In this document: positions 49,814 to 58,800 of the stretch, one piece after another
Numbering within the stretch: the first letter of the stretch is position 1
How the letters are laid out: each line of letters begins with the position of its first letter
Assembly: GCA_965235115.1 (NCBI GenBank)
Contig: OZ249438.1
Span: 32,364,001-32,428,000, forward strand
Direction of reading: 5' to 3'
DNA: 64,000 nt
DNA from: Laetmonice hystrix
Taxonomy: Eukaryota
Notes under the pieces: generated by a model
Databases searched by the model: none
Seen by the model: the letters and a program-made list of their open reading frames with translations, nothing else
Told to the model about the DNA's origin: nothing
Position numbers and translations under genes: made by a program

Positions 49814-52317
49814 CTGAGGCCAGTAATCAAAGAAACTCTATCCTATCTTTAGCATAATATCCATGCAATTTTTGCTGCTCATGTAATGTTTTCAGAGCAT
49901 AAATCAATAAAAATGGGACATGCTTCCTAATGATATCTACATACGTGTGTATTTATATTCAAGAATTATAGTAATATGGCAGTCCTAAAATCTCTATACC
50001 CATAAGTTATCTTCATGAACATTGGTATTGTATGAAGAATTACTGGGTTGGAGTCAACTCTAGGAGTGGGCACAGCATGGAGAAATAATTGCTTTTAATT
50101 TGGAATGGAATAAATAATAAATTTTCACAAGTAAACAATGATTGAGTACATGTACTTCCATTACACATGACTTCAATAGACATTCTAATTTAATATCAAA
50201 GCTGCAACTAGACACTCCATGTGAAAAGGATACATCCAATTCGCACTGAAAAAAAGGTAACAAATCGTAAATATGACCAATCAAGAATATGAAATTCTAA
50301 CTACATTTTAACATACTTACATAACCATGACCCAATATATTTTATGAGCTATGTTACTATTTGTTCATCTTTGTTTAACAAAGACCTTTCCATGTAAATG
50401 TAATGTATCAACACTAGTGGAACAGCATGTCTGCACTTACCACTTTTCGAAAGTACGAGTCAAATGTTTCCACAATGTTGTGGATGAACTCAAGTATTGC
50501 TAGCTCATTCTGTAATAGAAGTAAAACATTGAGATATTTATTCATAGCAAATGACTGTTACCACTGGACCCGTCTCTCTTTTTTTTCATGTTACAAAAAG
50601 GAACATTTTCTTTAAAATGTCTGGACTGTGTTTAGGTGTGCAGGTTCATTAAAATAGATACTTCCAGGACTCTTCAAAGGAAGTAGGTATTTACTTGGCC
50701 CATTTATGGTATGCTGGTTATAATATTAAGTAAATTCTGTACAGATACTTACTTCTTCTTCATCAACTCCAACAATGAAATAAAGAGTTGCATAACGTCT
50801 GTAGATCACTCGAAGATTCCTATAGTCAAAGAAGGAGCACTGAAAAACAAGAATGTTGACTTTTTGTCACTTCAATTTCAAGGAAGAAATCAGGATTTCA
50901 ATTTAATTCTTATGACTTTCCTAGCTATTTTCATTCATTGATGAAACAATACATAGCGATAGATATAGTTCGGTCTATAGACTTTACTTTTTACAGTGGT
51001 TATTTTACCAGCATTCAATAACTCAAAGAGTTTCTGTTTGACTAATTATCGACATGAAACAATATGTTTGGGTTAGGGTTAAGGTTAGGCCTAGGGTTAG
51101 TGTTAGGTTAGTCTCAATTTGTTTTCTAAGCTGGAGTGGAAAATATTGACTGTGTCAGATTCTGTGAAAAACCAATAAACCCTAGTCTAACACTAGTTTT
51201 AACAACACTAACTTACTGTTAGACTCTGGCTCTGATAGACATGGCACCATGCCTATGGCAGGGTTTCCGCCAGAGGGGGGGACGGGGGGGATTTATCCCC
51301 CCCATGATTGGGACATGAGGGGGATATCCCCCCCATAAATCTGCAGAGCAGTGTTTTTTTTTAAGCTATTCTCGCTCTGAGAGGCCAGGAAAACGCATCT
51401 CCGGAGTTCATGAAAAAAAAATTTCTGGGGGGGGCCCCAGACCCCCCCCCCTTCCGGGCTCGCCCGTCTCCCCCCCCCATTAATTATTTTCTGGCTGAAA
51501 CCCTGTATGGGGCACCGTAAACAACCCCCATAAGTTCATAACTGGGGTAATAGGGCCCATATTTATTATATGCAAGAATATTTGGATGGGTAAGATGTAC
51601 TAATCATGCAGGAGTCAATGGCAGAGACTCAAATGAAGTTGATCGTCATGAAAGCTCTCGGTGGCCTATCCGCTCATAGAACTTCATAGATGGTGCTACT
51701 AACTAGCGTGATCACCATTAGGGGTGCGTACGTGGCACAGCCCAGTGGCAGATTCAAGGGGGGGACCCACCCTGTCCCCCTATTTTCCAAACTCTTGGCT
51801 ATTTTCTATGTTTCATGTGTAAAAATAATGGAATTTTGTTGAAAGATTTTGGAGAAATTTCTACTCTACATGTTCAGAAAACACGTCTCCGACGTCCCTG
51901 AAAAAAATTCTGGGGGAGTCACCCAGACCCCCCACCCTCTGAAAATGGGCCACTGATGGTCCCCCCCCCCCCTTTCTGAAATCCTGCATCCTACCCATCC
52001 CAATATCTAGATTCTAGGCCTAACATTCTTGCTCTGTACTGACTGTTACGTTAGACGACGTAGATCAAGACACAAAAATGGTAGGACCCTAATAACAGAG
52101 TCAGAGAGTGTACTACTACTACTAGTACTAGTACTAGAAGTAGTAGTAGTCAGTAGCCAACTTCACTTGAAATTGATACCTGTTTATCATTCCTTCCCAA
52201 ACATTTTCGGATTACGTCTGTTTCGAATGAACCCCTTTCCTCAATCTCTATATGCTCATAGTACTGTGTTATCCTTGGCTGCCCCTGCTTGTTCACCAGC
52301 AGCAGAAACTTCAACAT
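49682..52317 (-). CDS. AP4S1: AP-4 complex subunit sigma-1, complete 5-exon CDS, 145 aa
   Basis: complement(join(49682..49813,50234..50245,50441..50509,50753..50839,52180..52317)) = 438 nt. [22 protein letters not shown]...[89 protein letters not shown]. The N-terminus and C-terminal VETN/RILAP-like tail match AP4S1 rather than AP1/2/3 sigma. Confidence 0.95.
49814..50233 (-). other. U12-type (minor spliceosome) GT-AG intron in AP4S1
   Basis: 5' splice site GTATCCTTT; branch site TTCTTTGAT (consensus TTCCTTRAY) with the branch A followed by only 13 nt to the end of the AG; no long polypyrimidine tract. Confidence 0.88.
50234..50245 (-). CDS. AP4S1: AP4S1 12-nt microexon (CELD)
   Basis: tttttttcag|TGC GAA TTG GAT|gtatcctttt; supplies the otherwise missing conserved C/S-E-L-D. 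Confidence 0.92.
50441..50509 (-). CDS. AP4S1: AP4S1 exon 3 (23 aa)
   Basis: ttacag/GTAAGT, 69 nt. Confidence 0.95.
50753..50839 (-). CDS. AP4S1: AP4S1 exon 2 (29 aa)
   Basis: tttcag/GTAAGT, 87 nt. Confidence 0.95.
51259..51505. mobile_element. MITE with 16-bp TIR (15/16) and 5-bp TSD TATGG, in AP4S1 intron 1
   Basis: CAGGGTTTCCGCCAGA ... TCTGGCTGAAACCCTG; TATGG at 51254-58 and 51506-10. Confidence 0.88.
51743..51990. mobile_element. Decayed CAGTGGC(G/A)GAT-type MITE
   Basis: Left end CAGTGGCAGATTCAAGGGGGG; decayed right end AAATCCTGCATCC; core resembles the 51259 element; no TSD. Confidence 0.55.
52180..52317 (-). CDS. AP4S1: AP4S1 coding exon 1 (46 aa)
   Basis: ATG at 52317, donor GTATCA, 138 nt. 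Confidence 0.94.
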
Positions 52318-52637
52318 TATCTTCTCATCAAAGTTTTGTCACTCAGCAGCTCAGCGCAGCTCAGTGACGGTGAGGTTTGCTGCTTCCATCCCGGAAGTGA
52401 ACTTTCAACCTCCTTAACAAAAGAGTTCCACAAAGAAATGTGCTTTCGGTCTAAAAGACATATCAGTTATTCGTATAGCCACTTCTATATACTGACAATG
52501 ATTTCACTGAAGTATTTGCGATCTGTTCAATGTTACTGATATAGAATTTTTAGTGATTTTGCGTGCAATTTTATGACGTCAAATTTCAACTCACAACGCC
52601 ACCTATGAGAATTTGTAATGGCGGCCATGAAGAGGAG
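52318..52637. promoter_or_regulatory. Bidirectional promoter AP4S1/striatin
   Basis: 320 bp between divergent ATGs; ETS/GABP CCGGAAGTG 52391-52399, CRE TGACGTCA 52574-52581, YY1-like AATGGCGGCC 52617-52626. Confidence 0.75.
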
Positions 52638-52847
52638 ATGATGGAAGACGGTCCTGGATTAGTACAACACGGGGGACAGCTCGAATCTAACTCAGGAGGG
52701 ATGAGTATCGGAAGTAACAAACAGCAAGATGAGCAAGCAAAGCGCCCGCAGTATTCTATGCCAGGTATACTGCACTTCCTGCAAACAGAATGGGCGAGAT
52801 TCGAGATGGAAAGATCGCAATGGGAAGTGGAGAGAGCAGAATTGCAG
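52638..52847 (+). CDS. STRN3: Striatin coding exon 1 (caveolin-binding/coiled-coil region)
   Basis: Donor GTAAAT at 52848. Confidence 0.9.
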
Positions 52848-55800
52848 GTAAATTTTTTTTACAAAAGATGGTTTTGATGTCGATTAAATAATTTCAGCTA
52901 TGACCGATGACGTTTTCTCGACGCAAGTTAAGATTCACCCGTGAAAGGCATTCGGTCTTTTGGGAATACTCGTCAAAGTAACTGCAGTCCGTTCAAGAAC
53001 TAAACATTGGCCGCCATATTGAATCCAATATGGCGGACCTGCAGTCCCATTGAAAATTATGATGTTTGTGATAAAGGGACATTTTGTTTCGGTCAAAGCA
53101 GTTTTGGCTCTCAAAATCATAGACAGTGGTCGTCGAGTATTCAGTTGTCGTAAAGGTCCATAGTGTCGGGTATAATTGTGCTATCGTTATTGCTCGGGAG
53201 CGCAGTCTGTCAAGTCACAAGTGTAACTGCTGACTGCTATGTCAGTGTGTGCAGTCAGTGAGTTGGTCAGCCAGCCTACAACAGGCTGACATGTCCACCC
53301 GGCGCTTGTAGAACTGTGCAGCCTTCTCATTAGGATAATGTTTTACTCTTTAGCTGTATCAGCAAGCTTGGGTTTCCAAGCTTGTGTCACCTGACACTCA
53401 GACGACTGTGACAGGTGTGTAAAACCTAGGACAGGTCTCCTGTCAAAACAAAAGGGGAGTGGCCGGGGGCTTCTGTTCTGTGTCAGTGACGTTGTCTATT
53501 GACTATTGCCTACTCCTAAAGTCCTAGGTTCAGTAATGAAAGCAAACCTGATAAGGGTGAACCGTAATCATATAGTATACTTATCATATTATATTACTTA
53601 AAGTGTCGCATATATCCAATATTTTATGTTATCAATGATTTTGTGTTTCCCACTATCGGGTTTGAATTTTTGTGCATTGATAATGGAGCCCTCACCCCCC
53701 TCTCCCCCCCCCCCCATTGTATTCAGAGTATGTGAAAGTGCCAAAATTTCTGCAGGACCGCAGGTCCTGCAGAAGTAACAAGTCTGGGGGACCTACCAGA
53801 GTTCTGTCTGACCTACTGAAATACGTCACTTTTCAAAATTTACACAAAAACGCATGCTCATGAATATAACACGTCTTTATTATGCTGGTGTCATTACCAG
53901 GTGTAATAGAATAAATGTATAAATAAATATAAAATGTATATCTGTGCTCTGGTTGGCTAAAGGACAGTGTAGTGGAGTCTATTGCATGTAGTGGAGCAGC
54001 TTCTCCTCAATCGATGCCTACTTGGGACTTCGGTGGGTACATAACAGCCAAATGTGTGCGGGACAATCGGGCCTGCTAAATGGGAAGGTCTGTCGGACCG
54101 ACGGGTTTTTAGCGGGTCTCGGGCCGTCGGTCCCACGGTGTTCACATACTCTGTGTATTTTGTATAAAATTTAGGTTCCAATAATATCTGTGACTTCTGC
54201 ATTCTAAATTTCCTATATGAAGTCTTAAACGGCCATTTTTTTATGAGATATCAGTGTTCTCCACACATACAAAGTACACAGGTAGCCCGCTGGTGTACTG
54301 AGCGCCCAAAGTGACCGCCGGTGTCCATTTTCACTGAGCATCCATACCTCAGATGTGGATCTGTTGGTTGTACATACCCTTTCAGGGTTCCCACACGTCC
54401 TGGAAATCCTGGAAAAAAACACTGTCATGGAAAGTCATGGAAAAGTGTAATTTTTCAAAAAGTCATGGAAAGGTGAAATGCAAGCCAAAAAGTCATGGAA
54501 AAGTCATGAAATTGATAATCATGTGGCATCATATTTTTGCGTAATTTGTTGTCCCTGGCTATGGCAGTCTTCCAACCCTTTTCAGGTCTGCATTTAGTCA
54601 TATTTTTGCCCTCTAGTTTGTGTGGTGTCTTCTCGTAATCATCCTCCCATGATGATTTTTATCATGTTCAAAAGTGGAAATCATGGAAAATAGATAATTC
54701 ATCATGACATGGAAAAGTCATGGAATTGATTTATCAGATTTCTGTGGGAACCCTGCCTTTGTTGTAATTGTTGTACCCACAAAATTGTATTAAGTGAAAA
54801 TAATTGACAATTTTAAAGCAGTAACACAGTCAAATTGTTCATTTAAAGTGTCCTTAGATTGAATCTTTTAGTCTGGAAAAAACTGGGAATACGGGCTGCC
54901 CCTCGACCCCCACAGGCCAGTGTGACATTTCATCCTGTGAAGAACACTGGATATATATTTTAAAAATCATCAACTTAAAAACTTTGTTACAAAATAGTCT
55001 TGACCCTCTACCGTGCTGCCATTTCCCCATCTGAACCTTAAAATTGTTAACATCCACAACTGTGGGAAAATAATTTTCTAAATTCTTCATCCAGACTTGG
55101 GGCCTCAGGCTTTCAAAATATGATACATTGATCAGGGGGTGGAGGACCGTAGAAATATATCCAAATACATGACTACATCCCTAATGATTCTCAGTTAATC
55201 ATTTACATAGACTATAGTCAAGTAGAAATGTGAAAGAAAAGAGGGCTATCAGGAGTAGGCTCGCCTATATATGATTTAATTATTGTTATGAACCTGGGGC
55301 CGGTTTTACTAAAGGTCGATAATAACGATGTCGATAATTTAACATAGAAGTGAATGGTTGCTACTTGCTAGGTCATTGTTTTCGACATAATGTCTTCTAG
55401 TTCTGCTCAAACCTTGGACTCGCTCCAAGATGAACGTAGCTGCTTAGTTTAGCACTGTGGGAAGTGGAGAATTGCAAGCTGCCGTCTATGGAGTTTTATA
55501 TTAGGTGTCCACAGTCCTGTGTGGCACTACACCACTCATAACATGTGCTTTCCACATCTGCTTCTCCATGCCTTCAGTCCACTTCACCTCCACATCCCAT
55601 GATTAGTTTAATCAAGTGTTCATTCTGGTCACAGAAAGGCTGCGCAGCGTCTGTAATTGCTGATAGTGAAAAGAACTTGAGCCAATTTTGACGTCCCAAA
55701 ATGTCAAGTTATGTTATTATAGAAACTTTGCCCTGGTTTGGCTTTTTATTTCGTCTGAAAATGTCGCCCTATCAGCAGAATAGGTTCAACACTTTGATTT

Positions 55801-58800
55801 GAAACTGATGACCAATCTTCAGCTATGGCTAAGTACTACACCATGAGCTAGGCTGTATGAACATCAAATATATTATATTAGACGTTGAAGTAGGTTGTTT
55901 TTGATGAATGCCATTAGGGCATTGCTTTGTGGAGTTCCACCTGCAGCCACTAAGTAGCAGATCATCAAGAGTGTGAATTTGCCAACTTTCTACCCAGCTG
56001 TCCCATCACACCACCTTGTTTTTTTGGTTTCTGCCCCAAATACAAACCGCAAGTAAACATTGTATAAATTGACAAACATTTAGCACTGGGGGCTAGAACT
56101 TAGAAGTAGGTCAGGCAACAGTATGCCAGCTCGTGGTTGTGGTTGCCATGGTGATGGTAGAAGGTGGTCTAGCAGTGTTGGGGTAGAGTAGAGAGATCTG
56201 GGGCTTTAGCGGCGGCCAGAAACAAGTCTGGGACTGTCCTCTAAGTCACTGCTCCGGCCTCCTGAGTCCCCAAGTCGAAATTAGAGTTTCAGCAAGTCTC
56301 AGCGTTGCACAGGTCCATATTCCTCCATTTGAAACCCCTTTCCATCCATACCCTTGGGTATTAATTTAATATTGTTGATTAGCTGTCACCCTGCTTTGAG
56401 AGAGGTGTTGCAGAACCAGTGTGGCTGATTAACGTGTGCCATTATTTCAGTGGAGGCCGTAATGCTCTCCTGGGCCATTCTGGATATAACACAGACTGTT
56501 GCTTTCAAACTGTTCTGTATTTTAGGGTCTGCATAATAGACTGTTTTCCATCGCGCGTTGCTATGCTGCCTCGTTTTGAAACTTTCTGGTTTTAGATTTT
56601 CTAGATTGCAAACGGTACCCATTCGTTTGATGCTCTCAGGAGAGTTGCTCTGTGTGCGCCACTTGTATCATATCAGCATATTGGACTTTTGTGCTCTGGA
56701 ACAAATATTTTTAAGTGTAAGTCTAGTTTACAATCGACATTAAAAAAAGACACGTTTTGCCAGACATTACCCCAGGCTTTGAAATGTACATAACGTTGTC
56801 ACCTCAGTGATCTCACTGCATTATGTTCTACAACCTATTTTAAGATACCAGCATGATTATGATGTCAGTTATTAGGATAGCCCTGCTAAAGGAAACTAAA
56901 TGAGTTAATCTCTAGAGGTAAAGTTTTTCATTGCCATCTGCAGGAAGGGATTTATTCCCATCTTGGGTCTCTTGGTATTGTGGGTTAGAATGGTTGGAAG
57001 AGTAGGAAGGACTGAAGGAGGTTTGACAGGCCCCCTGGCTGAGGTTTATGTAGCCAGCTGGATTCTATTTGGCCTCAGTGGCTTCCCCAGACTCCTAAAT
57101 CCGGCCTACAGTGTCTGCTGGTCGGTGGTATGAGGATGGCCACACTGAACTAGTTAGTTAACCCAGCATCCCAGACAAATAGAACCATCCAATCTCGGGT
57201 CAAGAGCTGAAACAAGGGCCGTTTGTGGTGGCTGATAGACAGCAGACCTTGGGCTATACTACCAGGGGCTGCAGTGGAAAGAGAAGAAACGAATGAATGA
57301 GAAAAAATGAGGGCAACACCAGGTAACATTTAATAGGTGCCTATATAGCCAAGTAACATTGACAGGCGTACCAGGTGTTATTTTAGTGGTCACATCAAGA
57401 CCATGTGATAAGGGGGGAACCTTCATCATCATTGGAAGGGGTGTGTGGGGGAAAACTGTCAGAAGTCGACCTAGCACTACACTAAAAACTTGTTCCTTGC
57501 CCTCTCCTGGCCAACACCATGAGTGATCCAAGGTTATTTCAGCGGATATTGCTTGGGGCAGTCGGCAAGGGGTCACAGCAGCATGTACCAGATATGATTT
57601 CAAGTCTGCATTGAAAGACCCTCGGAATACCTTCATTCATCGGCCAGGCAGACTTGCACCCGGGGCTATCTCAGGACAAGTGGTCAGGGGACGTTCACAG
57701 GTGGTGATAGTAGCAGAATCAATATAATGAATGAACCTGGAAGTATTTGACCCATTTGACGTTGAGTAGGCCAAATGTAAATAACCTACTTCTCTCAGGA
57801 TCTCTCCCTAATTTAGAACGCACTTTGCTACCTGTTGCACAAAACTATTCACCTGAAGGCATCCATTCATACTCATGCAGACATTCTTCCTTCAGAACTT
57901 TCAAAAGGCTTTTATATATCGTTTGGTGAAAACCTATATATAGGTATTCACCAAACGACTTTAGTATTTGATAATTTAATATGAGGTAAAAGTGTATTCT
58001 TGTCAAGAGTAAGTACATAATATTAGGTAGGGCCTCCCATGAGCCTCTAGTGGCTTCAAGTTTATGATGAGAGACTAAATCACCACAATTTTTCTAACGT
58101 GACCTTTTGAATGGTCAACTGTTAGTCACTTATGAGAATGGAATATAGACCTGTACCAGTATAGTCCAGTGGCAACAGCTAACAAAATTTAGGCTGGTAA
58201 TTCATTGATTTGATAGCAGCATTGACTTCCTCTTGACAAGAGAGAGATGCGGGAGGTGAGAGGCCTGACCATGATAATGATTCTTCAAATTCAGCAAATC
58301 TTCTTGGTCGCCACACAGGTTAATATCACCGTGTTGGAATAAAAATTAGGTTTCTGTCATGCCAAATTGTGTTAACCTTTTATATAAGATGAGATATTTT
58401 GCATCTTATTCATTTACACCCAACAGGTTAGAAGCCGACATAAATTCTGAGGACTAGGTCACAAATCGGGTGCCTTCTGTACAGACCACTAACGTCCTCT
58501 TGTTGTATGGAGGAGCAGTATGAGGCCGGGAGTGCTCAGTGAGATTGAGAGTACTCAGTGACCCCGAGGACCCTATCCATGACATAGCCCTCCATCAGCC
58601 AGCACACTGCCCCTACACGGGGTGAATGAGGGGCTCAATCCCGTGACCTCTGGTCCCAGATAGGTTTGGTGGCGTAACTGATGGTCCCCGCCCCACCCAC
58701 TCAGTGAGACCTGCTATCAGGGGAAGAGCCGCCGCACGATTCCCCTTCCCAATTACACTACCACCAGCATAAGGAAGTTCTAAAAGGATCATCTTTCTGA

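Noticed and set aside
52170-52179. AP4S1 intron 1 donor GTATCA as U12-type
   Set aside because: Lacks the CCTT of the GTATCCTT consensus and the acceptor has a normal polypyrimidine tract.
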